Shown in pieces: positions 1-12,570 of a stretch of 64,000 bases of DNA. Every line of letters begins with the position of its first letter. Position 1 is the stretch's first letter. A program made the translations under genes and the position numbers. The notes under the pieces are model-generated. The model was given only the letters and a program-made list of their open reading frames with translations, did no database searches and was not told the DNA's origin. Where the stretch lies: assembly GCA_964019335.1 (NCBI GenBank), contig OZ025716.1:186001-250000 (forward strand), read 5' to 3'. The DNA comes from Diplonema japonicum (lineage: Eukaryota; Protista; Euglenozoa: Diplonemea).

Positions 1-37
1 AAAAGAAAAAGTTTACTTTCCCTCAGAACTCTTTTAA

Positions 38-61
38 CCACTAAACCCACACATGTCATAT

Positions 62-97
<36 letters not shown>

Positions 98-861
98 AAG
101 CTTATTTATTGCCAACAAATAATGAGTCATTATTTAACTCAGGGTCTTCCGGTTCAAAATGGGTTTTTTTTCGATAGACCTGCGATACTTTTTGGCCGAT
201 CTTTTGACCTTTTTTTTTTTTTTTTCAAAAAAAGAAAATAAATAAAAATAGGGGGAATTGCGGAATGGCAGCAAAGAGTTTCGCTAACCAAGTTGTCGTC
301 TGACATTTTGAGGAATTCCATTTAGAAGGAACTATGTTTGATGGAAGAAGCGCATCGTGGTTTTCTTTCAACTAATACTAAAACCACTCGCCCCGTGATA
401 AAAAGAGAAAAATTCCTCACAAAGGGGCAACCCCTGCCCCCCCATGGGCCTACCGCAGGCACAAGAAATTCGCCGGTCTACGTTGACGGTAACGAGTGTT
501 AAACCTTCGTCATTTGAGTCACTCACTCTTCACTGCTTTCACTGTTTTTTTTGGGGATTTTCCTGCATTTAAAGGGGAAGTAAGGCACTTATTCCCACTT
601 TTAAGGGCCGGAATGGCCTCAGATGGCCAAAAATAGTCAAAATACCCCCACCCTAAATGATTTTTTCAGGGGTTGGGTACATTTTTTCCACGACAAGACC
701 CATTTTGAAGCCCCATAATTTAACTCCAAATCTCATTATTTAACTGCAAAAAATCATTATTTAACTAGCTACTTTTTTTTTGGCGCCATTGCGCGAATTT
801 CTTTTTTTCACCTTGTTTGGCTAAATGCTGCCCTTTTTCGGCATTATTGAGGGGTTAGTGG
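38..861. mobile_element. Putative non-autonomous DNA element with imperfect short TIRs; contains a repeat shared with 48775-49270
   Basis: TTAA at 34-37 then CCACTAAACCC; GGGGTTAGTGG at 851-861 (reverse complement matches 10/11) followed by TTTAA. Segments ~95-140 and ~487-770 are near-identical to 48775-49230. Confidence 0.45.
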
Positions 862-985
862 TTTAAAAAAAAAAAAAAAAAAAAAAAACTTTTTTATATG
901 TTTTTTAATTTATATACCGGTAAGAAAACAACCTACACCTTCTACCTTTTAATTTTTATTATTTGGTACTACTAGATACGTTCTT

Positions 986-1023
<38 letters not shown>

Positions 1024-1100
1024 TTTGTGTTGATGTTTGCTGCCCACACCCTTTGGATCTTTAGAAGAATTCTGTAATATTTCAAACGGAGGAGGAAAGA

Positions 1101-1137
<37 letters not shown>

Positions 1138-2892
1138 ACACCTGTAAAGAACTATGGCACAAACGATTTGATTGTCGGAGTGCTGGAAAAAAAAAAAAAA
1201 AAAAAAAAAAAAACTAAAGGGGCCCCCCGAATAATCCCTTTATTTGGGCAGTGGAGGGGGGGTGTTTGGGCTCCAAAAAAAAAAAAAAGAATTATTTGGA
1301 ATACACTTATTTGGGTTGTACTTATTTGGGCTAGGGAGCCTGCCACATGGAAAGCAGGGAGCGGGGCTTAGAGCACTTCGGAAATCTTAACATGCCAAAT
1401 CGTGCCAAGATTTTTTTCATGCCCTTTTTTTTCCAAGGGAAATTTTAACAGTTTTTCTCCCAGGCTGTGGAGACCCACAAACGTTGCAGACAAACCGCCT
1501 GGTTTTGGCGTTAGGTTGCAGGGGTCTGAGTTGGGAGGCTGCTGGAGTCTCGTCAGGTGTAGTGTCCATTGTAACACCCGCAACAACGTTCTGTGCTGCA
1601 CTGTCTAAAGCCCGACCCCTTCAAAGTGCTTACTTCGCTAAGTGCCCTTAGCTGTATGGTCTCCTCGGAACTACCTGACCTTTCTCATGTGCCTGCCCTA
1701 CCCACAGTGCCACGTTGATTCGGCGCTCTGCTGTCATCAACGTCCTGCCTCGGCTGCTTGGGGTGCCACAGCCCCCCCTAACCCCTCAAAATGGCGGGAG
1801 GTCTGAATCGCCGGCGCCACACAGAAGCAGCTTCACAATACGTACTTTTCCTTTTCAATCGATTGTTATATTTGTACTTATAAAATATAGCGCGCATTCG
1901 ACGACACTGGTCAAGCGACTGGCACCTTCCGAAGAAGGGCCTCCCACGTCCGCCGGGTTGAGCAGAGGATGCCCCGGGGCGGCTGTTCCAGTCTGATCAT
2001 GTCGCACTATAATATATTTCTCATCTTCTAGAAGAAGATGGGGTTTTTGCCCTCGTGGCTCGCCGGGCCAGCACTCTTACTTGCGTAAGCAGCCTCACAA
2101 TACTGCCAGTGGGCTACGGCACAGCTTTGGGATCTTGCTCAAGAATGGAATATTGACATTGCGGGCCATGAAAGCAAATACTGGATAAGTTGTCAACACA
2201 TGAATGCACGTGCCCTTCCGGCAACGCAGAAGCACCCGGGCCACCCACAAAGCGCCTTCGAACTAAGTAGTTCCATGAAATTTTGAACCGTTCATCACGA
2301 ACCATCTAGCTTCTTGCGTTAAGAAAAATAGTCCCCACAATACCCCGTGGTCCCTGTTCAAAATGCAAAGGAATTGCTCGTAAGTGCCCAAAATCAGGCG
2401 GAAATCGACTTTTTGGTCAAAGGGGTGTATACATGGGTTAGGTAGGCTAGTACCCTGCACAGGCGTAACTGAGAAAAGCCCGTTGCACGACTTCCCATGT
2501 GACCCCCACCCCCCCGGTCCCCCCCCAAAAAAAAGAAAGGGGGTCGGGAATTATTTGGGAAATTTGGAGCGGAAAAATCCCCGAAAAAAAAAAAGAATTA
2601 TTTGGGAAAAAACACATTATTTGGGAGGGAATTATTCCTTTATTTGTGGCCCGAGGTCAGGAGGCCCTTTGGCTTCTCATGAAGATGAGACTTGTGCTGT
2701 GGTGGTGAGCCCCGACGAGTAAGCCTGATTCTTTTTTTTTTTTGTTTCCCTGTGTTTATAAGTACAGCTATATACAACATGGGCTGGCTTTATTAAAAAA
2801 AAAAAAAAAAAAAAAAGCCCAACACATAACAAAAAGAAATCCCGGTTTAGATCACCGACCTCGACGAAAAAGCAGAGCTGACCATTTGTTCC

Positions 2893-3030
2893 AAGTAGCC
2901 AAGCTGGGGAGGAGGCCGGCACGAACCGAAGAAGGAGAAGCCGCTGCTGAAGGGGGATAGATGCAGGTAGAGGATGAGAACAAGGGGGCGTCTCACAAAG
3001 ACTTCCTTTAACTCATATATATATATTTGT
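2893..3030 (+). mobile_element. Short 3' fragment of non-LTR retroelement family A
   Basis: Near-identical to ~9818-9950 (VAKLGRRPAR... coding end plus 3' UTR gggggcgtctcacaaagacttcctttaactcatat). Confidence 0.85.
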
Positions 3031-4207
3031 TTTTTGTTTCATCAAGGGGGGGGGGGGTATTAAAACCTATGACCAATTTTTTTTGTTTAAGAATTACCGC
3101 TCTTTATATGTTCATTTCCACGTTGTTTCCTTTCCTTCCGAAATAAATAAATTTTGACACCAGGCCCCCCCTCCTCCAGTTGCCGCATGATGCGTCAAGC
3201 AGTTGTTTTTTCTAAATGTCTCTTTTTTTTTTTTTTTTTTTTTCCTTCTACTATGGGTAAGACAACCTATTCATTGGCTTGACAGGAACCAAGAACCCCC
3301 CCCTTTTTTTTTTAAAAAAAAGAATTTTTTTTGTGATTCTTAGGCAAAGATACGGCATTTTTTTTTTTTTTTTTCCGATTATTCGCCATTTTGTCAGGCA
3401 ATTTCTGAAAATATCTCCGGGGGGGGGGGGGGGGGGGAACTCAGTTTTTAGCATTTTTATTTTTCCTCCCTCAACGCGAAGTTGTGACAAATAGCGAATT
3501 ATGGAATCGTAGGTATGGCACTGTATTTCTTTTTCCCCAAGAGTCTTGAACCGTTTTTGGCGAGGCAGAAAAAAAATTTTATTTTTTATTTTTAAAGCCG
3601 GTTGGACCAGGGCTACATAATTCTTTTTGAAAAAATCTTTTGTTTGAAAAGAAGAGTGACCGACACTGACTGAGAAGAGATTATCTCGAAAAGAAAGGAT
3701 TGGAAGCTACAATTTTTCTGTTTTTTTTTTTTTTTTTTCCATACCCGGTCTAGTACAAAACAGCCAGTTCCTCTTTTTTTTTTTTTTCTTCAATGAACAA
3801 AAAAAAAAAAAAAAAAAAAGCTTGCCTCACCCTGTCCCTGGAAAGAACTGTTTCTCCCTTCTTAGGGCTCCCTTCTAACTAGTCTTATCCTCCTTGCAAC
3901 AACTTGTCACATGAAAACGACATGAAAGGGTTCGTCTGTGGCAAGCCTAGGAGGGGTCGTACTAGTTGTTCCCCCCCCCCCCCCCCCCCACTCTCCATAA
4001 CATTTAAGTTGTTTCCTTTTTTTTTGTTTTCTTTTTTTTTGTTTTTTGCCCCACTCCCAACGGGAGAAAAAAAAAAAAAGAAAAAAAAGTCGAAAAAAAA
4101 AAAAAAAAAAAAAAGAAAAGAGCCCCTCCCCCGTGTAGTGGGGGTTTCGCTTTTTTTTTTTTTTTTTTTTTCGTCGACAAAAAACCGATCGACTGGGGGT
4201 CAGAGGC

Positions 4208-4238
<31 letters not shown>

Positions 4239-4400
4239 AAAATGTGGTTTATTATTTTTGCGCTCAGTTTTTTTTTTTTTTTTCTTTTTTTTTTTCCCTA
4301 CTCCCCACCCTCCGTCTTTTTTTTTTTTGTAAACCCAAACAAAATATATATAAACAGTTTTTTTTTCAAAAACAAAAGAAGAAGAAAAAAAAAAAAAATA

Positions 4401-4970
4401 ATGTCGATGTCCCAGTACTGTCAAGAGACGCAGTCCCACGTTGCTTACCCCAACGATGAGGCGAACTCTTCACAGGAACAACTATGCGAGCGCGCCGCCA
4501 AGAAATACTCGAGAAGGCAGGTTACAGCCACTTTGAGGAAGAAGTGCTGCGACCACAACGACTGGGACAACGTAAGAGTGGCGAAGGGCCTGATGACCCT
4601 GAGATGCAGAGCCTGCCAGAAGCAATGGAGGGCAGCTGTGGACATGGTGTGGGGCAGGTTGAAATGCGCAAACTTTGGGTCAGAGGAAGGGTGCTCCGAC
4701 AAGCCCTGCTCAAAACTACACATCCACAACAGAAAGCTTTCTCTCGAGGCTCGTGTGAGGCAGCACGGAGGGGGGGTCCTCAATATGATTTGCACAAGCA
4801 GAGTTACAAAAGAAACACTCAACAAAATCAAGAAGATTGAAGAGCAGATGTCTATCGACAAGTGTGTGCCCCATATCATCTCGGAGTCATCTGGGTCCTC
4901 GAAATCCCGTTCGTCCTCTAATGAATCCAAAGCCACTACCTTCACTCACGACCCATATGCATGGGAGTAA
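4401..4970 (+). CDS. Hypothetical Cys/His-rich protein, probably zinc-binding (CDHNDWDNVR...LRCRACQ, then a CCCH-like motif)
   Basis: ATG at 4401 after an A-run; coding-like composition; 189 aa; C-x8-C-x4-C-x3-H motif CANFGSEEGCSDKPCSKLH. Confidence 0.75.
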   Translation: MSMSQYCQETQSHVAYPNDEANSSQEQLCERAAKKYSRRQVTATLRKKCCDHNDWDNVRVAKGLMTLRCRACQKQWRAAVDMVWGRLKCANFGSEEGCSDKPCSKLHIHNRKLSLEARVRQHGGGVLNMICTSRVTKETLNKIKKIEEQMSIDKCVPHIISESSGSSKSRSSSNESKATTFTHDPYAWE

Positions 4971-4983
4971 GTGAAAGGGAGAG

Positions 4984-5023
<40 letters not shown>

Positions 5024-5931
5024 TTACCATTTTTTTTTTTTTATTTATTTATTTATTTCCGTTCCGTCCCTCTAATAATAATGTTGCCTACAAGAGAAAA
5101 AAAAAAAAAGAGAAAAAAAAAAAAAAAAAAGAGAAATTCTCAATTTTAATTATAAAAAAAGAAAAGAAAAAAGCCTTTATAAAAGACCGCCTTATGGTAA
5201 GATCTCAGGGTTTACTAATGAAGTTGAAAAAAAAAAAAGAGAAAAAGAAGAAAAAAAAAAAAAAAGAAACTCGGTCCAAATGTAAAAACCCCCCCCCTTT
5301 TTTTTAATATTTTTGCACCACAGTTTTTTGAGTTGAGTGCAAAGTAAAGGGGAGGTGGGAATTTTTTTAAAAAAAAATGAAGGAAAGCCCACGTCTTTCC
5401 TTCTCTTTTTTTATTATCCCCTCAGACAGGTAATGCGGAATATCATACTATCCACTTTCTAGTGTCTCTGGAGCTGTACCTTAGTCTAGCATTTTTTTTT
5501 TTTGTACTTTCACTACAGTTTGCAACCGAAAAAAAAAACCTCCTTCCCCCCCCCCCTTGATAGTACGAACATATACTGAGTTTATTTTACTCTCATGAGA
5601 TTTTTTTTTTTTTCTTTGCACATTTGCTGCCAAAACCAAAAACCCAACATATGTAAAAAACATGTTGTGGTAGCCAAAAGGACGTCATTTGCCCTCGCAC
5701 AAGGGATCAAGTGAAATGCGTCTTTCTTATCGATATAGGGCGTAAGTACCCTAGAAGTACCCTACCCCCCCCCCCCCCCCCCCCCCTCCCCTGTTAGTGT
5801 TTTATTTTCCAAGGTGCGGTGATTTTTTGCAATTTTTTTTTTTTTTTTTTTTTTTTGGCGTCGTTCAACATCTCAGCATATACTACAAAAAAAAAAAAAA
5901 AATCCCCCTTGGAAAAAACTAGTTTGGCGCT

Positions 5932-6016
5932 CCATTTGTTTGTGCGCACGAGCGGAATTTTACCTAATAAAATAGCTCATTACGCTGCCATCAACTAGTT
6001 TTTAGTCTCGACAATT
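5932..6016. repeat. Dispersed repeat; inverted copy at ~56011-56130
   Basis: tttgtttgtgcgcacgagcggaattttacc...tagtctcgacaat is the reverse complement of ~56011-56090. Confidence 0.85.
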
Positions 6017-6120
6017 AAAACAAGTTAAAACAAAAAAAAAAAGAACATTGGCCTCTTTAAAAACAAATACTGCGTCCTTTTTTTTTTTTTTTTTTTTCCG
6101 AATTCTGCGGTAAGTAAATT

Positions 6121-6175
<55 letters not shown>

Positions 6176-6329
6176 CAATTTTCTTTTTTCTTTTTCCTTC
6201 CATTAATCCTTAATGCTTTTCTGGATCGGGTTTTCTTAGTGCACAAGAGTGTGTAACTATAACTTCATAGTTGCACGTCTAGAGAAAGGTGTTTGGCAAC
6301 CCCTCATTCTTGTTTAGCGAAAAGGTGTC

Positions 6330-6373
<44 letters not shown>

Positions 6374-6425
6374 AAAAGAAAAAGTTGTTCCCGCACAATA
6401 CTGGCAATCACGGTGTTGTGCCACC

Positions 6426-6466
<41 letters not shown>

Positions 6467-6530
6467 CCTCCTCATTTCTGTTGTACTTTTTTTTTTTTTA
6501 AATATTTTTTTGTTTTCTGTTTTTTTTTAT

Positions 6531-6980
6531 CCCCTAAAGGCCCGCGCGGACATTTTTGTCCTTAGTTCAAAATTTGCTTTTTCGCTAAGTACTTTTTTTT
6601 GAACACGGCCCCTGGACTTCAAAATATGGCATTGTTGCGCGGTTTATTTTGTCTCGGAACTACATTTTGCGTTAAAGGTTTTGTTTTAATTGAAACCGGC
6701 AGGGTTGGCTTAAAATGAAATCAGATGGTCAAAATAGCAGCGAAAACGTGAGTCTCCCCCGACTGGTCAGATAAAGAAGAAAAAGACGATGAGGCGGTCA
6801 AAGAGGGGCCGGAAACGATGCTTGGGTGGGAGAAATACTCCCAAAGGCCCAAAACATATCATTTCCGTGAAAAGGTGGCCTTTCCTTGCACCTTCCTTTG
6901 GTTGCATGCTGCCCTTTTGAGTATTTAAAGCAACAACGAAAATGGGGGGGTACCGTAGATAGGCTCCGGGCCTTTAGGGG
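6531..6980. mobile_element. piggyBac-related MITE (450 bp)
   Basis: Perfect 14-bp TIR CCCCTAAAGGCCCG / CGGGCCTTTAGGGG, 12/14 identical to the TIR of the piggyBac at 25909. Flanks TTAT and TATA (degenerate TTAA). Confidence 0.75.
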
Positions 6981-7034
6981 TATATTATTTTTTTTTGACG
7001 CTGAAAGAGAACACAGAAAAGTATTTTTCCCCCC

Positions 7035-7068
<34 letters not shown>

Positions 7069-8781
7069 GCAAAACAATATAATTGTTATTGATAATGAAT
7101 TGTTATTGCTAAAAAGAGCAGTGGTAGCGTTGTTGGGCTTATCCTTCTACAGGTTAACACCCCCCCCCCCCCCCCCCCGGCCGTGCACAAGCGACTCTTT
7201 TTTCCCTTCCATCATGTTTTATCCATTAAAATAGATAGAGCAGTTTTTTTTTTTTTTTTTTAAATTCCCCCCCGCCTAGATCCTGTCAAGATTATCGCGG
7301 CAACTTGCCACCAGAGGGTGACTGAAAAGTGTGAATTTACTTGATGGTGTCCCCCCCCCCCTCTTTTTTGTTTTATTGTTTCAACAAGCAAAAATTCGAA
7401 GAACAAAAAAAAAAAAAAAAAAAAAAAGCTATCTGTGCCCCCTCATGTTTTTTTCTCTCTTGCCAGTGGCTTGTTTTTTTTTTTGTTCCCGCTTTGCTTG
7501 GATGGAACGGGGGGGGGGGGGGGGGAAGAAGGGGGGAAAATGACTTTTTCTTTTTTTTTTTGTTTGTCCTGCACTTTGAGTTTTTTTTCTCTTTCTTTTG
7601 CGTCAACCATCATCATAAATCGCCAACTATTCTTTTCTTCGGCAGAAAAAAAAAAAATGGAACTTTTTTTCTTCTTCTTTTTCTCTTCCAAAGATTGTAA
7701 AACAAAACATATTTCTTTTCTTCCTTCTGCGACTCTTACTTGTTAATGCAGCAAGAGTGCACAAAGGTTTTAAAAAAAAAAAAAGATAAGAAAGAAAAAG
7801 AATTCCAGGTTCTTCCTTCCCCCACTACCCTAATGCATATCACACTTCATTTCATATCGCTGTGAAATGGAGAAAAAAAAAAAAAGAAAAAGGAAAAACG
7901 AGGAGGGGGAAAAAAAAAAAAGAAAATGCCATATTTATTCATTTAACCCTCGGTACTGCTAAAGCCCCGTCCTGGAGGAAAAAAAAAAAAGAAAAGAAAG
8001 AGGGGGAAATAAAATTCAAGTTGTAGTGTCCCCCCTTTTTTTTTTTCTTTTCTTTTTTTTTTTTTTTTTTTTTTTGAAAGAAAATTTCTCTGTTGGCTCG
8101 GTCTCAAGGGGGTACTCTTCCCCAAAAAAAAACAAAAAAGCGGAACAAAGCCATAATGGAAAAGCCTTCCATTTTTATGAGAAAAAAATGAGATGTTCTC
8201 TCCCCCCCCCCCCCCCCCCCAAGGCAAGATAAATTCGGTATTTTAAAGGAAGCCTGGAGCATGGAGGTCAACAGCGAACAACACCTAATGTACTTCTTTA
8301 TTTTTCCATTATCCCCCACTACCCTGAAAAAAAATAAATAAATGGGGTAAACTTTTTATAAAGCTTATCCACATGTGGCGTGCCTTTTCCCCCCGTTTTT
8401 TTTTTCTTTTTTTTTTATTTATTTCTTCTTACATCCCAACAAAAGAACGGCAAAAAAAAAAAAAAAAAAAGAACAGAACAGAAACCAACATTTCATCTAC
8501 TCACTATTTTCTTTTTAAAAAAAAATCTTTTCTTTTTGTAGGCATCATTATTATAGAACTTCCTCCCCTTTTTCTTCCTTTCTTCTTACTTTTCCCTACA
8601 TCCTTTGTTCTCCACTCACCCGTTAATCTCACCAAAATACCTTTCTCCCTCTGTTAAACGAACGAATTTTTTCAAAAAAAAAGAAGAAAAAAAAAAGAGG
8701 AAAAAAAAAAAAAAAGAAAACAGCCCCTTTTTGTTTTAGCCATTTCAAATGAAATCAATAATCAATATGAGAATCTTTTGC

Positions 8782-8814
<33 letters not shown>

Positions 8815-8966
8815 TTTTCTTGTTTTCAGAAATGTGACTTAAAAGATCATTCGGGGGAACGTGAAGAAGGTGGGGTTTTTTTTTCTCTCTTTTTTTTTTT
8901 TTTGCGGCTTTCGCTCTGGGAGTTTGCATGTTAATTTGAGTTTTTTTTTTTTTTTTTTTTTTTTTT

Positions 8967-9954
8967 GGGAGGAGAAGGGGAAGTCGCGGAGCTGGAGCGC
9001 ATGCTGCTGGCGGAGCAGAGGCAGCAGGACGAACCCGCAACGGCACGCTGCGACGTATGCGGTCAGATGCAACAGATATCCAACATCCTGGAGCATGCAC
9101 TGTGGGAGTGCGAACTGGCTGTCGAAGTAGGGCAACGGGAGGCACATGCAGGCACGACACGAACAGGCCTAGAACCGTGCATGAGGCTCCATGGCATCCT
9201 CCCGAGGGAAGCGGCCAAGGAGGACAAGGACAGGCTCGAGAAGACCCAGCGTTACCTGCTGGCTGTGGTGGGGGAACGCGACGCAGCCTTGCAGGCAAAG
9301 AGGCAGCAGATCTACCGGACACACCAATGGCTGGAGATCACGGAGGGGGAGGCACACCCAGCACCAACAGAGGAGGAGTTCGCGAGGCTGCAGACCGGCA
9401 ACACCCTGAAGGAGTACACGAAACCGGTGCTGAAATGGCTCAAGCAGCTGCGCTGGTATGGAGGGAACAGAAGCACGGCAGTGTCGACGGTGGAGCTGGC
9501 GCTGGATTTCGAAAACGTGACCCAGAAATCCCTTGGAGGGAAGCTAGGGGAGTTGGCAGAGGTGCGACAGAAGGCCAGGAGACTGCACACGGTGATGAAG
9601 AAGGTGTGGAACACATGGGAACTAGGGAGACTGCAGAAGAAGGTGAAAGGAAGGAGGGCCTTCCCTGCTGAACCATGCAAGAGAGTACATACGCTGCGAT
9701 CAATCGGAGGGACGAAGGCGGCGATCGGGTGGAGTAGAAGAGCAATCTTTGCATCAACGAAGACCAAGTACGACCTGGAGGAGCTGGGGAAGCAATGGGC
9801 AAAGGAAAGAAGGGAAAAAGTAGCCAAGCTGGGGAGGAGGCCGGCACGACCACCGAAGAAGGAGAAACCGCTGCTGAAGGGGGATAGGTGCAGGTAGAGC
9901 ATGAGAACAAGGGGGCGTCTCACAAAGACTTCCTTTAACTCATATATTTTTTTT
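8967..9954 (+). mobile_element. 5'-truncated non-LTR retroelement, family A (C-terminal ORF part with CCHC zinc knuckle)
   Basis: ORF to 9897 with no real start codon; CDVC...LEHALWEC motif resembles the zf-RVT region C-terminal to RT; other copies share the 3' end and differ in 5' truncation point. Confidence 0.75.
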
Positions 9955-10398
9955 CTGTACTCTCGGTTTTTCGTTTCTTGCGACTTTTTTTTTGAGGGAG
10001 CAGGGAGCGTCACCACTGGCTCTTTTTTTTGTCTGCGGTTAATATGAAGTAAAATTGAGTATGAGTAATTCAAAATTCCTTTTTCTTTTTTCCTTTTTTC
10101 TTCTTTTTTAATATGAACCGCTCCTAGCTCTCGGGAAAAAAAAAAAAATGCATTTGACCCACCCTAAAGGCCCCCAACAAGACCCTGAAAAAAATATTCT
10201 TCCTTTTCTTTCTATGCTCTCAGATTTTAGAAGGAACAAAAAAAAGAATATATATCAGAGTCACCAGGAAATTCATTTTCGTATTTCTCCAAAAAAAGAA
10301 AAAGGGAACAACCCGTTTCTCGTTAATCACAAAACTTTTTTTCCACTGTTTCCTTAAAACTTATTTTTCCACCATCCACGGTAACCTGCATTTTCCCC

Positions 10399-10429
<31 letters not shown>

Positions 10430-10505
10430 ATCCACTAAGTAGGTAACGACCTATTTTTTTTTTTTTTTTTTTTTTTTTTCCACAACCACAATTTTCTTTT
10501 TTTCA

Positions 10506-10549
10506 GGCGTCCTGCCACATACCGCAGGTACCCTTAAATGTCTCTTTTT
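10506..10549 (+). repeat. Short T-tailed dispersed element (family E)
   Basis: ggcgtcctgccacataccgcaggtacccttaaatgtctcttttt resembles the copies at 19667, 48411 and 55947. Confidence 0.65.
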
Positions 10550-11252
10550 CTTTCTTTTTTTTTTTTTTTTTTTTTTTATCCACCTGATAATGGTTTTACC
10601 ATGCTGCAAAAAATAGTGAAGGCATGGCAAAAAAAAAAAGACCCCAGGGGGTAGTAACCTTAACCCTAAGGCTGCGCCATCAACTGGGAAAGCACCACCT
10701 AGAGGACCATGACTGGTGCCGTGCTCAACCATATTTCTGTGTGGGGAAGTAAAATCTAACTCCAAGACTGCGCACTGTAGAAGGTGATTTTCTCAAAAAA
10801 AAAAAATGAATCACAAGCTCCATTGTCTTTTATTAATCTCACGTTCTCTCTTTTTTTTTTTTTTTTTTTTTTTTTTTGAACCAATGTTTCCTACCTCCCT
10901 ATGGTGGGGTTCCTGGGTAATTGTGGTTTTGTAAGGGACACAAGCGAAAAGGGAAAATCTCTGGTGTTTAATGGTTTCTGTAACCCCCCCTTCCCTATTT
11001 CAAACCTAAGCTTTCTTTCACCTCTCCACTTTTTTACTTTCTACGGGACCACACAATACTTTTTGGGAGGCTTCGGGGCGAAGTTTCACAAGGGTGGCCG
11101 CTGTGTCTAGGCACAAAAAAAAAAAAAAAAAAAATTGAGACAACTTTTTTTCTTTTCCCTTTCCCCCCCCCTTTTTTTTATTCTTTTTTTAAAAAAAAAA
11201 GACTTCTTTCTTTTTCAAAAAAAAAAAAAAAAAAGGAGGGGCAAAAAAAAAA

Positions 11253-12182
11253 ATGAAGGCCAAACCAACAGCACGAAAGCCTGCCAGAGCCCGCCACCTT
11301 AACAACAGCAACAACAACAACAACAATAGCAACAACAACAACAACACAGGAATGTCCCCCAAAGTGAAAACAGCTCTGATAGCATTGGGAGCTGTGGCAA
11401 TCTTATTAATAACGAGCCGTTCTGTCTACCAGCCGTCCCCCACCCACTCCGACACAGGGAGGCTGTCGATGAAAAAGATAACGAAACTGCCCCATGACTC
11501 AACCTGCTTCACCCAGGGGCTCCTGCACCGCAACAATGAGCTAATAGAGTCCGCGGGACTGTACGGTGAAAGCGATATCAGAAGGGTCGACATTAAAACA
11601 GGAAAAATCCTTCAGAAAATACCCTTAAACAGGGGCCACTTCGCCGAAGGTATTACGTATCTCAGCGATTCTGATGAGGTTCTTCAAATGACCTGGAAGG
11701 AGAAATCCGGTTATTTATACGGGTTTCGAGACAACAACGAAATGTACCTTAAAGAGTTAATCCCCGCGTTGCCGAAGACTACAACCGGAGAGCATTGGGG
11801 AATCTGCACTAATTTAACACATTTTTTTGTGACAGATGGTTCTGCCAACCTTCACATATGGTCTCGGGAGCTGCAGCCCGTAACAACGATTACCGTGAAG
11901 GGACCGGATGGGAAGCCCATTCCCCGTTTAAACGAGGTAGAATTCGTATCCAAGCATCACGGTATACCATTTATCCTTGCGAACGTTTGGTACAACACCT
12001 CCATCCTGCGTATCGATCCGGCCACAGGGAAAGCGATAGACTCCTTTGACTTGAAGGGGGTGTACCAGATGCGTACACACCACGATGTGCTGAACGGGAT
12101 TGCGCACGACGAGGAGGCCGATGTGTTTTACATCACCGGGAAAAAATGGTCCAAGATGTTCCGGTACAAGGTTGAATTGTAA
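11253..12182 (+). CDS. Glutaminyl-peptide cyclotransferase (plant/bacterial beta-propeller type), N-terminal membrane anchor
   Basis: Motifs FTQGL, ESAGLYGES, FAEGI, QMTWK, WGIC, LNEVE, ANVW, VLNGIA, ITGKKW; hydrophobic segment after a poly-Asn tract. Confidence 0.93.
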   Translation: MKAKPTARKPARARHLNNSNNNNNNSNNNNNTGMSPKVKTALIALGAVAILLITSRSVYQPSPTHSDTGRLSMKKITKLPHDSTCFTQGLLHRNNELIESAGLYGESDIRRVDIKTGKILQKIPLNRGHFAEGITYLSDSDEVLQMTWKEKSGYLYGFRDNNEMYLKELIPALPKTTTGEHWGICTNLTHFFVTDGSANLHIWSRELQPVTTITVKGPDGKPIPRLNEVEFVSKHHGIPFILANVWYNTSILRIDPATGKAIDSFDLKGVYQMRTHHDVLNGIAHDEEADVFYITGKKWSKMFRYKVEL

Positions 12183-12219
12183 TAAATTCTAAAAGAAAGA
12201 AAAAGTCGCCTTCATCCTT

Positions 12220-12383
12220 GGCCACAGGGAAAGCGATAGACTCTTTCGACTTGAAGGGTGTGTACCAGATGCATACGCACCACAATGTGCTGAACGGTAT
12301 TGCGCACGACGAGGAGGCCGATGTGTTTTACATCACCGGGAAAAAAATGGTCCAAGATGTACAAGGTTGAATTGTAATAAATT
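12220..12383 (+). pseudogene. Tandem degenerate copy of the glutaminyl cyclase 3' end
   Basis: Duplicates ~12020-12187 with substitutions and small indels; followed by an A-rich tract. Confidence 0.9.
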
Positions 12384-12410
12384 TTTAAAAAAAAAAAAAA
12401 GAAGAAGAAG

Positions 12411-12444
<34 letters not shown>

Positions 12445-12570
12445 TAAGTGTGGAAAAAAATTGTTTGCTTTTTTTTTTTTTTTTTTGGTTTGGGCAAAAA
12501 AAAAAAAAAAAAAAAAAGGGATTCCCCCACCTTCGGGGAGTGACAAAAAAAAAAAAAAAAAAAAAAAAAA

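Noticed and set aside
713-770. Short regularly spaced repeats suggestive of CRISPR
   Set aside because: Period of only ~21 bp, no unique spacers, eukaryotic context, no cas genes.
3701-3725. aagctacaatttttctg resembling a euglenozoan spliced-leader end
   Set aside because: Short imperfect match with no leader 5' part or donor site.
7943-7965. TTAA-CCCT possible piggyBac end
   Set aside because: No matching inverted end found.
53-8934. Many short ORFs rich in poly-Lys/Phe/Pro/Gly
   Set aside because: They are translations of homopolymer tracts, not genes (except 4401-4970).
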